A DNA stretch of 64,000 bases from Aliidiomarina sp. (GTDB lineage Bacteria > Pseudomonadota > Gammaproteobacteria > Enterobacterales > Alteromonadaceae). Location of the stretch: contig NZ_JAIUMR010000004.1 in the NCBI RefSeq assembly GCF_022565475.1, positions 47,530 through 111,529 on the forward strand, given 5' to 3'. The notes below the pieces were generated by a model. That model was not told where the DNA came from and searched no databases. It saw only the letters and a program-made list of their open reading frames with translations. Each line of letters opens with the position of its first letter. Position 1 is the first letter of the stretch. This document shows, one piece after another, positions 43,335-55,382 of this stretch. A program made the position numbers and the translations under genes.

Positions 43335-44743
43335 TTCCAGTTTCTTTAGCGTGGATTAATACGCAAGTTGATGGCGAGTTGCATGCGCAATCGCCGCAGC
43401 AAATTATTGATCAACAGGTGGTGATCGATAGCCGGCAGGTGCAACCAGGCGATCTGTTCATCGCCATTAAAGGGCCAAACTTTGATGCCCACGATTTTTG
43501 TGCCGATGTGGTTGCAAAAGGTGCGTCAGCGTTAATTGTCGAGCGTCTGTTGGACCTCGATGTTGCCCAAATTGTCGTGGCAGATAGCCGAGCGGCGTTA
43601 GGCGCGCTGGGCGCGGCAGTGAAAGCGGAAGTTAAACCGAAATCTGTGGCCATTACCGGCAGCAGTGGCAAGACGACGGTCAAGGAAATGGTTGCCGCAA
43701 TTCTTCGCCATGCACCGTCCGTGACGGGTGAGGTGTTAGCCACCGCAGGTAATTATAACAATGACATTGGCGTGCCCTTGACCTTATTGCGATTGACCCA
43801 TGAACATCGCTACGGTGTCTTCGAGTTGGGCGCTAACCATCGTGGTGAAATCGCGTATACAACGGGGTTGGTGAAACCCGATGTTGCCATGATTAATAAT
43901 GTGGCTCCGGCGCATGTCGAAGGCTTTGGTGACATCTGTGGTGTTGCCAAAGCGAAAACCGAAATTTTCCGCGGACTTGGTGCTCAGGGGCTGGCATTGA
44001 CGAATGCGGATTCCGAGTTTCATGACTATTGGCAACGCGAGCTTAGCAACCAGAACTGGCAAACTTTCGCGATTGACCATGATGCTGACTACCAAGCAAC
44101 CGCTATTCAACTTGATGACAATGGTTGCGCCCAGTTCGAGCTGGTGACGGCTGAGGGAACGTGGTCGGTGCAATTGCCTCTGCCGGGACGCCATAACGTG
44201 GCAAATGCGCTGGCCGCCGTTGCCGTGTGTCGAGCGCTCGGCTTGCGTATCGACGAGATACTCAGTGGCTTTCAGCATATGCAGTCTGTGCCAGGACGGA
44301 TGTTGACGCACACACCGTGGCCACATGTTCGCTTAATTGATGATACCTATAATGCCAACGTGGGTTCGGCGAAAGCAGCGATTGATGTGCTTGCTAGTCT
44401 TCCGGGCCGCCGTATTTTTGTACTCGGCGACATGGGTGAGCTAGGCACACAAGCACGTGCTTACCATGAAGAAGTCGGTGCGCATGGTATTAGTGCTGGG
44501 ATTGATGGTTTATATACGCTCGGCATTCTCAGTCAAAGCGCGAGTGAGATTTTTAATGGCCACGGCGGTCGCCATTTTGATTCCGTGGACAGTTTAGTTG
44601 CAGCTTTATATGAAGAAATTAACAGCGAGGCAGCGCTCACCATATTAGTGAAAGGATCACGCAGTGCACGCATGGAGCGAATTGTGGAAGCGCTGTTGAA
44701 CGCGGCAAAAGAAGAACAACATCGGAGGAATGCCGCATGCTAG
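43331..44743 (+). CDS. murF: MurF D-Ala-D-Ala-adding ligase
   Basis: [27 protein letters not shown] and LVKGSR. ATG overlaps the murE stop. Confidence 0.96.
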   Translation: MIPVSLAWINTQVDGELHAQSPQQIIDQQVVIDSRQVQPGDLFIAIKGPNFDAHDFCADVVAKGASALIVERLLDLDVAQIVVADSRAALGALGAAVKAEVKPKSVAITGSSGKTTVKEMVAAILRHAPSVTGEVLATAGNYNNDIGVPLTLLRLTHEHRYGVFELGANHRGEIAYTTGLVKPDVAMINNVAPAHVEGFGDICGVAKAKTEIFRGLGAQGLALTNADSEFHDYWQRELSNQNWQTFAIDHDADYQATAIQLDDNGCAQFELVTAEGTWSVQLPLPGRHNVANALAAVAVCRALGLRIDEILSGFQHMQSVPGRMLTHTPWPHVRLIDDTYNANVGSAKAAIDVLASLPGRRIFVLGDMGELGTQARAYHEEVGAHGISAGIDGLYTLGILSQSASEIFNGHGGRHFDSVDSLVAALYEEINSEAALTILVKGSRSARMERIVEALLNAAKEEQHRRNAAC

Positions 44744-45822
44744 TTTGGTTGGCGGAATACTTACAGCAGCATGTAGCCACAGGCTTCAATGTGTTCTCGT
44801 ATTTGACCATGCGCTCAATTATGGGAATTTTAACGGCACTTTTGCTTTCCCTTTGGTTGGGCCCGCGGGTGATTCGCGGTCTACAACGGATGCAAATTGG
44901 CCAAACCGTGCGTGATGATGGTCCTCAGAGCCATTTGAGTAAATCGGGTACGCCAACGATGGGTGGCATCTTGATTCTCGTCAGTATTTTAATTTCAGGA
45001 ATACTATGGGCGGACTTGAGTAATCGCTATGTTGTCGTCACTCTGCTGACGCTAGCGGCATTTGGCGTAATCGGTTTTGTCGATGACTATCGCAAAGTGA
45101 TCCGCAAAGACCCAGCGGGCCTCGTCGCACGCTGGAAATACTTTTGGCAGTCGGTCGTCGCATTGACCGTTGCCAGTTATCTATTTTACACCGCCCAACA
45201 GCCTGCAGAAACGGCACTGCTGATTCCTTTCTTCAAGGATGTGATGCCACAACTGGGGGCGTTCTATATTTTGCTGGCGTACTTTGTCATTGTCGGCACC
45301 AGCAATGCAGTCAACTTGACCGACGGTCTCGATGGCTTAGCGATTATGCCCACCGTGATGGTTGCCGGTGCACTTGGTGTTTTCTCGTATGTGACTGGAC
45401 ACGTTAACTTCGCAAACTATTTGCAAATTCCATACATTCCCGAGGCGGCGGAGCTGACCGTGGTCTGTGCCGCGATTGTCGGTGCAGGATTGGGGTTCTT
45501 ATGGTTTAACACCTACCCGGCGCAAGTGTTTATGGGTGATGTTGGCTCATTGGCGCTCGGCGCTGTGCTTGGCATTATTGCAATCTTAGTCCGCCAAGAG
45601 TTGGTCTTGTTTATAATGGGTGGCGTGTTCGTGATCGAGACCTTGTCGGTGATGTTACAAGTTGGTTCGTACAAACTGCGTGGCAAGCGAATCTTTCGTA
45701 TGGCACCAATCCATCATCATTACGAATTGAAAGGTTGGCCAGAACCACGAGTGATCGTTCGTTTTTGGATCATTTCGTTAATTCTGGTGTTGATTGGTTT
45801 AGCAACATTGAAATTGCGCTAG
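44737..45822 (+). CDS. mraY: Phospho-MurNAc-pentapeptide transferase
   Basis: [30 protein letters not shown] and MAPIHHHYE. Confidence 0.98.
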   Translation: MLVWLAEYLQQHVATGFNVFSYLTMRSIMGILTALLLSLWLGPRVIRGLQRMQIGQTVRDDGPQSHLSKSGTPTMGGILILVSILISGILWADLSNRYVVVTLLTLAAFGVIGFVDDYRKVIRKDPAGLVARWKYFWQSVVALTVASYLFYTAQQPAETALLIPFFKDVMPQLGAFYILLAYFVIVGTSNAVNLTDGLDGLAIMPTVMVAGALGVFSYVTGHVNFANYLQIPYIPEAAELTVVCAAIVGAGLGFLWFNTYPAQVFMGDVGSLALGAVLGIIAILVRQELVLFIMGGVFVIETLSVMLQVGSYKLRGKRIFRMAPIHHHYELKGWPEPRVIVRFWIISLILVLIGLATLKLR

Positions 45823-45831
45823 GGCAAAAGA

Positions 45832-47193
45832 ATGAATACACAGAAACTGCAGACCTTTGAAACAATCGGCGTGTTAGGCTTTGGCCTCACCGGTGTTTCT
45901 GCTGCACGTTTTCTGTTAGCGCAAGGCCTGCAGCCCATCGTTATTGACACACGGAAAACACCGCCCGGAGCGGAGTCTGCGCCAGAAGTCGCCGAGGCCT
46001 GCGAAACTCACTTTGGACCGCTGCAAATTGAAGACCTATTACAGTGTGATTTGCTGATTGTAAGTCCCGGTATTGATCGCCGCGATCCAGTCATTGCAAT
46101 GGCCGATGATGCTGGCGTGAAAATGATTTCCGACGTTGAGTTGTTTGCGTGGTTCGCGAACAAACCCATGATCGGCATTACCGGCTCGAATGGTAAATCA
46201 ACCGTGACTGCCTTGTGTGGTCACATCTTGAAGAATGTCGGCATGCAGCCCTTGCTGATAGGCAATATTGGTATGCCGGTGCTTGATGCGCTGCTCGCCG
46301 ATGCGCCAGAGCACGACTGCTATGTGTTGGAACTATCCAGTTTTCAGCTGGAGCTAGTCGATAATTTAGTGTTGAACGCCGCGACCATCCTCAATATCAG
46401 CGCTGATCACCTTGATCGTTACGACGACGAGCGTGCGTACGAGCGAGCCAAGCAGCGTATTTATGCGCATGCGCAAACCTGTGTCTGGAATCGCGACGAT
46501 AGTGCGACCCGTCCGATTACGATTCAACCACGCGCTCAACACCTCAGTTTTGGTCAGTCCGATGCAGCCAAGGGCTTTGGTCTTCTGCGTCAAGATGACG
46601 ATTTTTATCTCACCTTTAATAACAAGCCGTTATTAGCCTGTAGCGAATTACCGCTGGCTGGCATTCATAACTGGTTAAACATTCAAGCGGCGTTGGCGCT
46701 GGTGAAATCACTGGGTGTGGATGTGATAGAAGCGGTCACCGCTCTGCAAGGTTATCGCGCTTTGCCGCACCGCTGTGAAGTTATTGCTGAGCATGATCAA
46801 GTGCGCTGGATCGATGATTCGAAAGGCACGAATCCAGGAGCCGCGATAGCCGCCATTGAAGGCTTGCGACCGGCAACCAAAGGCAAACTTATTCTGATTA
46901 TGGGCGGTGACGCGAAAGGTGCTGACCTCGCGGTGTTAAAGCCTGTTTTAAATACGCATGTGGATGTGTTAGTTACGCTCGGACGTGACGGTGACAAGAT
47001 AGCGGCATTGAAACCGCAAAGCCGGCCGGTGCAAACGCTGAATGAAGCGGTTGCTTTTGCGGTGCAACAGGCGAGTGCAGGAACGGTCGTGCTGTTATCG
47101 CCGGCGTGTGCAAGTTTAGACATGTTCAAGAACTATCAAGATCGTGGGCAACAATTCCGCAGTGCGGTGGAGGCTTGGTATGCGAGCCACTGA
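45832..47193 (+). CDS. murD: MurD D-Glu ligase
   Basis: GSNGKSTVT, ELSSFQL, DHLDRY, DDSKGTN and SPACASLDMF. Confidence 0.97.
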   Translation: MNTQKLQTFETIGVLGFGLTGVSAARFLLAQGLQPIVIDTRKTPPGAESAPEVAEACETHFGPLQIEDLLQCDLLIVSPGIDRRDPVIAMADDAGVKMISDVELFAWFANKPMIGITGSNGKSTVTALCGHILKNVGMQPLLIGNIGMPVLDALLADAPEHDCYVLELSSFQLELVDNLVLNAATILNISADHLDRYDDERAYERAKQRIYAHAQTCVWNRDDSATRPITIQPRAQHLSFGQSDAAKGFGLLRQDDDFYLTFNNKPLLACSELPLAGIHNWLNIQAALALVKSLGVDVIEAVTALQGYRALPHRCEVIAEHDQVRWIDDSKGTNPGAAIAAIEGLRPATKGKLILIMGGDAKGADLAVLKPVLNTHVDVLVTLGRDGDKIAALKPQSRPVQTLNEAVAFAVQQASAGTVVLLSPACASLDMFKNYQDRGQQFRSAVEAWYASH

Positions 47194-48436
47194 ACCGCAA
47201 CTTGAACTGGAAATTCGTCCACAACAACCGTGGCGTCACCGGCTGAGTGCATTCTTTAATGGCTCGTCGATGCAGTTTTATGATCGTCATCTGCTTTTGC
47301 TGGCGCTGTTACTAATGGGTATCGGCTTTATCATGGTGGCATCGGCGTCGATTCCGGTGGCTGAGCGCTTAACGGGTAACCCATTTTATTTTGTTATTCG
47401 CCACGGTGTTTATTTAGGTGTCGGTACACTTGCTGCTATCGTGGTCATGACGATTCCGGTGGCGAAATGGCAAGAATACAGCGCACCGCTGTGTCTCATC
47501 GCCATTGTTATGCTGGTCGCGGTTATTTTTGTTGGCTCGACAGTCAATGGTGCGACGCGTTGGATTCGGATTGGTCCGTTTACGTTGCAGGTCGCTGAAT
47601 TTGCCAAGTTGTTCTTCGTTATCTTCTTGGCCAGCTATCTTGACCGTCGGTATGACGAACTCCGTCGGAACTGGAAGGGGTTTATCAAAGCGCTGGTGGT
47701 GATGGGCGTGATGGCTATCTTGCTGCTAAAGCAACCCGACATGGGTTCCGTTGTCGTTCTCGGCGTTACTGCTTTGGGCATGCTTTGGGTCGCTGGTGCG
47801 CGACTCGTGCAGTTTTTCTCGGTGGCGATGACGCTCATTATCGTTTTCGTCTTGTTGATCGTATTTGAACCCTATCGAATGGCGCGGGTGACGTCATTCC
47901 TGAACCCGTGGGACGACCCGTTTAACACCGGTTATCAGTTGACGCAGTCACTAATGGCATTTGGTCGTGGTGATTGGTTGGGTCAAGGCTTGGGTAACAG
48001 CTTGCAAAAGCTTCAATATTTGCCGGAAGCGCATACTGATTTCATTCTAGCGGTCGTCGGCGAGGAGCTTGGTTTTGTTGGTGTGGCGCTGATTATTATG
48101 CTGGTGCTGGTGTTGGTGTTGAAGGCTATTTTCCTTGGTCAACGCGCACTGCGGCAGAAACGTCCATTCTCTGGTTACTTAGCGCAGGGAATTGGCATTT
48201 GGTTTGCATTTCAGGCTGCGGTCAATATCGGTGCGGCATCAGGAATGTTGCCGACCAAAGGGTTGACCTTACCCCTGGTCAGCTATGGCGGCAGTAGTTT
48301 ATTAATTAGTTTAGTGGCTGTGGCCTTGCTATTGCGGATTGATTATGAAGTGCGAACGGGCTACCGGCTGCAGCGCTCGGAAGGTGAAAAGCGAGTACAA
48401 CGAAGTAAACGTGGCGTGCAGGGGGACTTGGCATGA
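47180..48436 (+). CDS. ftsW: SEDS glycosyltransferase FtsW
   Basis: NGATRWI, QPDMG, GYQLTQS, LPEAHTDF and LPTKGLTLPLVSYGGSS. ATG 47180 follows GGAGG. Confidence 0.96.
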   Translation: MRATEPQLELEIRPQQPWRHRLSAFFNGSSMQFYDRHLLLLALLLMGIGFIMVASASIPVAERLTGNPFYFVIRHGVYLGVGTLAAIVVMTIPVAKWQEYSAPLCLIAIVMLVAVIFVGSTVNGATRWIRIGPFTLQVAEFAKLFFVIFLASYLDRRYDELRRNWKGFIKALVVMGVMAILLLKQPDMGSVVVLGVTALGMLWVAGARLVQFFSVAMTLIIVFVLLIVFEPYRMARVTSFLNPWDDPFNTGYQLTQSLMAFGRGDWLGQGLGNSLQKLQYLPEAHTDFILAVVGEELGFVGVALIIMLVLVLVLKAIFLGQRALRQKRPFSGYLAQGIGIWFAFQAAVNIGAASGMLPTKGLTLPLVSYGGSSLLISLVAVALLLRIDYEVRTGYRLQRSEGEKRVQRSKRGVQGDLA

Positions 48437-49551
48437 GTAAAGTCCTGATTGCTGCTGGTGGCACTGGTGGCCATGTTTTCCCAGCGCTTGCTGTTGCCGA
48501 TGCACTTCGCGAGCAAGGTCATGATGTGATTTGGTTGGGCACCCTTGACCGCATGGAGGCCGATGTTGTTCCCGCTGCAGGCTATCGCTTTATCGGCGTA
48601 AAACAACAAGCACTGCGCGGCCGCAACCTGTTGACCTTGTTGGCAGCGCCCGTACGTTTGAGTCGCTCGGTTTGGCAGGTACGAAAATTACTCAAAGCAG
48701 AACAGGTCGATCTAGTGCTTGGATTCGGTGGCTATACTGCAGGTCCAGCGGGGGTGGCCGCGCGGCTGCTCGGTCTCCCATTGGTCATTCACGAGCAGAA
48801 TGCAAAGCCGGGGCTGACCAATCGCTGGTTACACAAAATTGCCAGCAAAACGTTATTGGGCTTTGCTCAAGCAGAACGTGAGCTGAAGGGAGCGACGACG
48901 GTAGGAAATCCAGTTCGCGCTGACATTCAGGCCCTTGCACAACGGCCAAAAGCGGAGCACGCGGGGCTTCATGTGCTGGTGGTCGGTGGCAGCTTAGGGG
49001 CCGCACATCTGAACCAAACATTACCGGCGGCCTTGGCGAACTGGTCAGAGGCAGCATTGATGATTCGTCATCAAGTGGGCAAAGGCCGCAAAGCCGAGGT
49101 TGAACAGGCCTATGCATCTTGTCCGGCTGCTGTTCAGGTTGAGGTGAGTGAATTTATTCGGGATATGGCCGCCGCTTATGCATGGGCGGATGTTGTGATC
49201 GCCCGCGCGGGTGCGCTAACCGTTGCCGAATTAGCCTGTGCCGGAGTGCCTTCGATTTTGGTGCCTTACCCGCATGCGGTGGACGATCATCAGGCACTAA
49301 ATGCGCAAGTTTTAGTCGCTGCCGGTGCCGCTGTGATGATCCGTCAGCACGATTTTTCACCGACTCGAATTTATGCCGAATTAAAACTGTTGAGTAATCA
49401 AGAAGACCAACGAAAAGGGATGGCCAGTGCTGCCCGAAATAGCGCACAATTGCAGGCAACTGAGAGTATCGTTGCCATTTGCTCGGAGTATTTATCCGCA
49501 GCAAAAGCGCACGCTAATGTTGTAACAGCGGAGCAAAAAACAGATGACTAA
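48433..49551 (+). CDS. murG: MurG glycosyltransferase
   Basis: [31 protein letters not shown] and DDHQ. Confidence 0.97.
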   Translation: MSKVLIAAGGTGGHVFPALAVADALREQGHDVIWLGTLDRMEADVVPAAGYRFIGVKQQALRGRNLLTLLAAPVRLSRSVWQVRKLLKAEQVDLVLGFGGYTAGPAGVAARLLGLPLVIHEQNAKPGLTNRWLHKIASKTLLGFAQAERELKGATTVGNPVRADIQALAQRPKAEHAGLHVLVVGGSLGAAHLNQTLPAALANWSEAALMIRHQVGKGRKAEVEQAYASCPAAVQVEVSEFIRDMAAAYAWADVVIARAGALTVAELACAGVPSILVPYPHAVDDHQALNAQVLVAAGAAVMIRQHDFSPTRIYAELKLLSNQEDQRKGMASAARNSAQLQATESIVAICSEYLSAAKAHANVVTAEQKTDD

Positions 49552-51013
49552 AGCACATGCGCAGCCATTTACCATTGTCAACGTGCCCGAGATGCGGCGC
49601 GTTCGTCGGATTCATTTTGTCGGCATTGGCGGTGCCGGAATGGCGGGAATTGCGGAAGTGTTGTTAAACCAAGGCTATCAAGTGTCAGGCTCAGATATTG
49701 CCGAAAATGCAAACACCCAACGGTTACGCCAACTGGGTGCAAAAGTGGCGATTGGCCACAATGCAGCACATGTGGCGACTGCCAGTGTCGTTGTGGTGTC
49801 GACGGCGATTCATAAGCACAATCCGGAGTTGTTAGCCGCGCAAGAATTGCTAATTCCGATTGTCCGTCGCGCGGAGATGCTCGCAGAGCTGATGCGTTTC
49901 CGTCATGGCATCGCGGTGGCTGGAACGCATGGTAAAACCACCACGACGAGCTTGCTGGCAAGTATTTTTGCTGAAGCTGAACTCGACCCGACCTTTGTTA
50001 TTGGTGGCTTGTTGACCAGTGCGGGTAGCAATGCCCGTTTGGGGAACAGTAAGTATTTGATAGCTGAGGCGGACGAAAGTGATGCATCATTCTTGCATTT
50101 GCAGCCTATGGTCGCAGTGGTCACCAATATCGAAGCTGATCACATGGACACCTATGAAGGTGACTTTGGGCGTATGCAGGATACCTACATCGATTTCTTG
50201 CATAATTTGCCGTTTTACGGACTTGCCGTGATGTGCACTGACGACCCGGTCATTCAAAGTCTTTTAACCCGTGTCGGTCGCCAAATTGTCACTTATGGTT
50301 TCAATAGCGAGGCCGATGTGCGCGCTGTGCAGTTTAGTCAGGTTGGGCATCAGAGTCGCTTTACGGTGTTACGTAAAGGCAAAGACCCGTTATCCATCGA
50401 ATTGAATTTGCCCGGCCGGCATAACGCTTTAAATGCGCTGGCGGCAATTGCGGTAGCGACCGACGAAGGTATTGAAGATAGTGCCATCGTTGCCGCGTTA
50501 GCGAAATTTGCGGGTATCGGCCGTCGTTTCCAACAGTACGGTGCGTTTGCATGTGACGATGGTGATGTGCTGCTCGTCGATGACTACGGCCATCATCCGT
50601 CCGAGGTTGCGGCGACAATTCAGGCCGCGAAAGCCGGTTGGCCGGAACGCCGATTAGTTATGTGCTTTCAACCACATCGGTATAGCCGCACGCGCGACCT
50701 CTATGAAGATTTTGTTGATGTGCTCAGTGACGTTGATTCATTGATTATGCTCGACGTTTACAGTGCCGGAGAGGAGCCTGTCGCCGGTGCGGATAGTCGT
50801 TCGTTATGTCGTTCACTGCGCCAACGCGGCAAGTTGGATCCGGTTTACGTCAAAGAAGTACAGCAAGTGCCAGCGCGCTTAGCGGAGCTGATTCAGCCCG
50901 GCGACATTGTCTTGACGCAAGGCGCGGGCAATGTCGGTGGACTGGCTAAATTACTCAACGAATTACAACTGGACCGTGAACGCATGCTGCAGGCCAATGA
51001 GGTGAACTCATGA
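49544..51013 (+). CDS. murC: MurC L-Ala ligase
   Basis: [29 protein letters not shown] and FQPHRYSR. Confidence 0.98.
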   Translation: MTKAHAQPFTIVNVPEMRRVRRIHFVGIGGAGMAGIAEVLLNQGYQVSGSDIAENANTQRLRQLGAKVAIGHNAAHVATASVVVVSTAIHKHNPELLAAQELLIPIVRRAEMLAELMRFRHGIAVAGTHGKTTTTSLLASIFAEAELDPTFVIGGLLTSAGSNARLGNSKYLIAEADESDASFLHLQPMVAVVTNIEADHMDTYEGDFGRMQDTYIDFLHNLPFYGLAVMCTDDPVIQSLLTRVGRQIVTYGFNSEADVRAVQFSQVGHQSRFTVLRKGKDPLSIELNLPGRHNALNALAAIAVATDEGIEDSAIVAALAKFAGIGRRFQQYGAFACDDGDVLLVDDYGHHPSEVAATIQAAKAGWPERRLVMCFQPHRYSRTRDLYEDFVDVLSDVDSLIMLDVYSAGEEPVAGADSRSLCRSLRQRGKLDPVYVKEVQQVPARLAELIQPGDIVLTQGAGNVGGLAKLLNELQLDRERMLQANEVNS

Positions 51014-51930
51014 TGTTCGGTAAAGTTGCGGTGTTGGCCGGTGGTGATTCCGCCGAGCGAGAGGTGTCCTTGCGCTCGGGCGCTGCGATTCATAACGCAT
51101 TAGTACAAGCGGGTGTGGACGCTGTCTTGTTTGACCCGGCAAAACAAGGCTGGTTTGCATTGCCGGAGCTCGGCGTTGACCGCGTGTTTATTGCCTTGCA
51201 TGGCCGTGGTGGTGAAGACGGGCAAGCGCAAGCGATTCTAGAGATGATGCAGCTGCCGTACACCGGCAGCGGCGTATTGGCGAGTGCTTTGGCTATGGAC
51301 AAAGGCCGCACGAAAGCACTATGGCATGGACTCGGTTTGCCGACCGCGCAGGCGGTCACGGTTAAGCGTGTTGATCAGATTGATTGTGCTGCATTACTGG
51401 CGCGACTTGGTGGTAAGGTCATGGTCAAGCCTGCTCATGAAGGCAGTAGCATTGGTATGGCGATGGCTGACAGTGCCGAGACGTTGCACGCAGCGTTAGT
51501 CACAGCGGCAGAGTTTGACCATGAAATGCTGGTTGAAACTTGGCTCAGTGGACCGGAATACACAGTTGGCATTCTTGCCGGTGAAGCTTTACCGGCGATT
51601 AAAGTGCAGACACCACACGCGTTTTACGATTATGCGGCTAAGTATCAGGACAACACGACCGAATATATTTGTCCGGCCGGTTTAGCCGATGCACGCGAAC
51701 AGGAGATTCGGCAACTCGCCCTGCAGGCATTTCACGCTGTGGGCGGCGAAGGATGGGGCCGCGTCGATTTAATGGTGAATGATCATGGCGACTTACAGTT
51801 GCTCGAGCTGAATACGGTGCCAGGCATGACCGAGAAAAGCTTAGTGCCAAAGGCAGCAGCCCAAGTCGGTCTGAGTTTTCAAGATTTGGTATTAAAGATA
51901 TTAGCGACGACGCAGGGTATGGAGCGTTAA
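51010..51930 (+). CDS. ddl: D-Ala-D-Ala ligase
   Basis: [34 protein letters not shown] and ELNTVPGMT. Confidence 0.97.
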   Translation: MMFGKVAVLAGGDSAEREVSLRSGAAIHNALVQAGVDAVLFDPAKQGWFALPELGVDRVFIALHGRGGEDGQAQAILEMMQLPYTGSGVLASALAMDKGRTKALWHGLGLPTAQAVTVKRVDQIDCAALLARLGGKVMVKPAHEGSSIGMAMADSAETLHAALVTAAEFDHEMLVETWLSGPEYTVGILAGEALPAIKVQTPHAFYDYAAKYQDNTTEYICPAGLADAREQEIRQLALQAFHAVGGEGWGRVDLMVNDHGDLQLLELNTVPGMTEKSLVPKAAAQVGLSFQDLVLKILATTQGMER

Positions 51931-51933
51931 CCT

Positions 51934-52710
51934 GTGACGGAGCAAGTAGCGGAGCAAGCCACGGCCGGTGAAACCTTGCAGGCGCGAAATGGACAGTGGC
52001 AAGCAATCGTAGGTTTTGTGGTTTTCTTGCTGATTGTTGCCGGCTTAATGATTGGCGGTTACGCACTGATTGAAAAGTTAACTGACGCCGATGAAATGCC
52101 GTTGACCGGAATGATTATTCAAGGCGAGCGCCGTTACATTAGCGATGAAGATGTCCGCCAAGCTATTTTAAACGGTGAAGTTGGCAGTTTTTTTACCGCA
52201 GATGTGGACGAGTTACGCTTCCGTTTAGAAGCTTTACCTTGGGTGTATTCAGCTTCAATTCGGAAAGAGTGGCCACAGCGACTTCGGGTCTATTTAGTCG
52301 AGCAAGAGCCATTTGCGGTGTGGAATGATGAAGCATTCATCAATCAGCAAGGTCAGGTGTTCGCAGCCGAAGTGAATGAGCTTGCTGAAGTGTTGCCGCA
52401 TTTGCTCGGGCCAGCGGACGCAGCGGCGGAGGTAATAACGCAGTATCAACGCATCAGTGAGATACTGCGAATATACCAAACCCGGGTGACGCGGCTGGAA
52501 TTAAGTGAGCGTTTCGCCGTGAGTGCCTGGCTTGAGAATGGGATTGAAATACGCTTGGGTCGCGAGGCGCGATTGGAGCGAGTGCAGCGATTTATGGATC
52601 TTTACCCGGTGATTGCTGCAGAAGAGCCGGACAAAGCGATTGCGTATGCGGATTTGCGTTATGACACCGGTATCGCCATCGGTTGGAAAGACAAAGAAAA
52701 TAACGAATAG
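51934..52710 (+). CDS. ftsQ: Cell division protein FtsQ
   Basis: TM plus POTRA (LPWVYSASIRKEWP) and YADLRYDTGIAIGW. Confidence 0.94.
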   Translation: MTEQVAEQATAGETLQARNGQWQAIVGFVVFLLIVAGLMIGGYALIEKLTDADEMPLTGMIIQGERRYISDEDVRQAILNGEVGSFFTADVDELRFRLEALPWVYSASIRKEWPQRLRVYLVEQEPFAVWNDEAFINQQGQVFAAEVNELAEVLPHLLGPADAAAEVITQYQRISEILRIYQTRVTRLELSERFAVSAWLENGIEIRLGREARLERVQRFMDLYPVIAAEEPDKAIAYADLRYDTGIAIGWKDKENNE

Positions 52711-52725
52711 GAAAGTGAGAGTGCT

Positions 52726-53961
52726 GTGATTACTAAAAATGAAACAGATAACATGATCGTCAGCCTCGATGTCGGCACCAGTAAAGTCACGGCATTGATC
52801 GGGGAAATACTGCCAGACGGCGACCTGAACGTCATCGGTGTTGGTGTGACCCCGGCGCGGGGAATGGATAAGGGCGGTGTCAATGACTTGAATCTTGTCG
52901 TCCAATCGATTCAACGGGCAGTGAATGAAGCTGAACTGATGGCGGACTGCCGCGTTTCAGCGGTGTATTTGAATATTAGCGGTCGCCACATTAGTTGCCA
53001 GAACGAAAATGGCATGGTGCCGATTAACGACTCGGAAGTGACTCAGGACGACGTCGATAGCGTTATTCATGCGGCGAAGTCGGTTCCGGTTGCGCAGGAG
53101 CGGCGAATTCTGCACGTGCTGCCCCAAGAGTTTGTGATTGATTCACAAGAGAGCATTAAAAGCCCGGTCGGCATGTCCGGAGTGCGGATGGAAGCACGCG
53201 TACACATGATCACCTGTGCGAACGATATGGCGCGAAATATCGTCAAAGCGGTCGAGCGCTGTGATTTAAAAGTGGAAAGTCTGGTGTTCTCAGCGCTGGC
53301 GTCGAGCTTTGCAGTTCTCACCGACGACGAGAAGGAGCTCGGTGTTGCGCTGGTCGACATGGGTGCAGGTACGATTGATATTAGTATTTTTGCCGGTGGC
53401 GTGCTGCGTCATACGGCAGTGATTCCGGTAGCGGGAAATCAGGTCACTAACGACATTGCGAAGATTTTCCGCACGCCACTGAGTCATGCTGAAGAGATTA
53501 AAGTGCAATACGCTTGTGCACTGCGGCAAATGGTCAGCATGGAAGACAATATTGAAGTGCCGTCCGTAGGTGGGCGTCCGGCACGATCGATGTCGCGTCA
53601 TACGCTGGCGGAAGTAGTTGAACCGCGATACCAAGAGTTATTTGAACTCATTCGTGACGAAATTTACGGTAGCGGTTTGGAAGAGCAAATTGCAGCGGGT
53701 GTCGTGATTACTGGCGGTACCGCAAAGATGGAAGGTGCGATTGAGTTCGCCGAAGAGATATTTTCGATGCCAGTACGCTTAGGCGCACCGATCGGAATTC
53801 AGGGGCTTAGCGACTATGTCAACGACGCCACCTATGCCACGAGTGTCGGGCTGTTGCGCTTTGGGCAACTCGACCTCGCCGGTCAACAAGAAGAACGGCA
53901 ACGGGGGCAACGTCCACACTGGTTGCAGCGGATTCAAAGTTGGTTCCGCGGAGAATTTTAG
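52726..53961 (+). CDS. ftsA: Cell division protein FtsA
   Basis: SLDVGTSK, VDMGAGT, VEPRYQELF, TGGTA and C-terminal amphipathic WFRGEF. Confidence 0.97.
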   Translation: MITKNETDNMIVSLDVGTSKVTALIGEILPDGDLNVIGVGVTPARGMDKGGVNDLNLVVQSIQRAVNEAELMADCRVSAVYLNISGRHISCQNENGMVPINDSEVTQDDVDSVIHAAKSVPVAQERRILHVLPQEFVIDSQESIKSPVGMSGVRMEARVHMITCANDMARNIVKAVERCDLKVESLVFSALASSFAVLTDDEKELGVALVDMGAGTIDISIFAGGVLRHTAVIPVAGNQVTNDIAKIFRTPLSHAEEIKVQYACALRQMVSMEDNIEVPSVGGRPARSMSRHTLAEVVEPRYQELFELIRDEIYGSGLEEQIAAGVVITGGTAKMEGAIEFAEEIFSMPVRLGAPIGIQGLSDYVNDATYATSVGLLRFGQLDLAGQQEERQRGQRPHWLQRIQSWFRGEF

Positions 53962-54044
53962 AAAAAGTCGTAAAAAGTAAAATTAAGACTTTGATTTTTA
54001 TGGGGTAACAACGGAAAATACGGGCAAGTGGAGAGGTAACTATT

Positions 54045-55214
54045 ATGAATACTTTTGAAGTAGTGGATAATTTTGAAGCGGACGCGGTGATTAAAGTCAT
54101 CGGTGTCGGCGGCGGCGGTGGAAACGCTGTGCAACACATGGTTGCGCAGTCGATTGAAGGCGTTAAGTTCCTTGCGGCAAATACTGACGCACAAGCACTG
54201 CGTAAACACGATGCGGATGTGTTGATTCAGCTGGGGAATGAAATCACCAAAGGTTTAGGTGCTGGTGCAAACCCAGAAGTTGGACGAATTTCCGCAGAGG
54301 AAAATCGTGAAGAGATTGCGCGTCAACTTGAAGGCGCAGACATGATCTTTATCGCTGCAGGCATGGGTGGTGGCACCGGAACGGGCGCCGCGCCTGTGGT
54401 CGCTGAGATTGCCAAAGAATTGGGCATTTTAACGATTGCTGTGGTCACTAAGCCATTCCCATTTGAAGGGAAGAAGCGGATGGCAGCGGCAGAAGAAGGG
54501 ATTAATCAGTTATCGCAACACGTCGATTCACTGATTACCATCCCGAACGAAAAGCTTCTGAAAGTTTTAGGTAAAGGCACCTCATTACTGGATGCGTTTG
54601 GTGCAGCCAATAATGTACTATTAGGTGCAGTTCAAGGCATTGCTGAATTGATTACCCGTCAAGGTTTGATTAACGTTGACTTCGCTGACGTTCAAGCAGT
54701 CATGCGCGAAATGGGTACGGCGATGATGGGAACTGGCGTTGCCAGTGGTCCAGATCGTGCGCAAGAAGCGGCACAAATGGCGATTAACAGTCCACTGCTG
54801 GAAGATATTGATCTTTCTGGTGCGCGTGGCGTACTGGTCAATGTCACGGCTGGTATGGACATGGGTATTGATGAGTTTGAAACGGTCGGTAGTGTGATTC
54901 GCTCGTTTGCCTCTGAAAATGCGACAGTAATCGTTGGTACCGTAATTGATGCGGAAATGTCTGACGAAATGCGTGTCACTGTGGTGGCGACAGGCATTGG
55001 TGCAGAGCGTAAGCCGGACATCTCTTTGGTTGAAAAGAAACCAGAGCCGATGACGGTGCGTTCAAGTAGTTCGGGTGGTTTTAACCGCCAAGCGACCGCG
55101 CCAAAACTGGAAGAAGAAGCTGATTATGACGTTGAAGAGCGCCCATCAGCGCGTAAGCAGGCGGAACCAGACATTCTGGACATCCCTGCGTTTCTTCGTC
55201 GCCAAGCAGACTGA
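54045..55214 (+). CDS. ftsZ: Cell division GTPase FtsZ
   Basis: [22 protein letters not shown] and C-terminal [12 protein letters not shown]. Confidence 0.99.
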   Translation: MNTFEVVDNFEADAVIKVIGVGGGGGNAVQHMVAQSIEGVKFLAANTDAQALRKHDADVLIQLGNEITKGLGAGANPEVGRISAEENREEIARQLEGADMIFIAAGMGGGTGTGAAPVVAEIAKELGILTIAVVTKPFPFEGKKRMAAAEEGINQLSQHVDSLITIPNEKLLKVLGKGTSLLDAFGAANNVLLGAVQGIAELITRQGLINVDFADVQAVMREMGTAMMGTGVASGPDRAQEAAQMAINSPLLEDIDLSGARGVLVNVTAGMDMGIDEFETVGSVIRSFASENATVIVGTVIDAEMSDEMRVTVVATGIGAERKPDISLVEKKPEPMTVRSSSSGGFNRQATAPKLEEEADYDVEERPSARKQAEPDILDIPAFLRRQAD

Positions 55215-55226
55215 TCAGTCCAGTTA

Positions 55227-55255
55227 TTGACGAAAGCATTAGCAATTGCTATAGT
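55227..55255 (+). promoter_or_regulatory. sigma70 promoter of lpxC
   Basis: TTGACG-N17-TATAGT, with an extended TG. Confidence 0.75.
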
Positions 55256-55382
55256 ATCGCCCCTTTTTGTCAGCGGCGTGACAGGCTTTAATTCTTGAAG
55301 GCTGCTGGGCGATAACTTAAAACTCCTTGCCGCACAAACGGATCTTGTCGGTATGAAAATTTGCGACGAAGGAGGATTCAGT

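Noticed and set aside
49544-51930. No murB between murC and ddl
   Set aside because: This is normal for many gammaproteobacterial dcw clusters, including E. coli.
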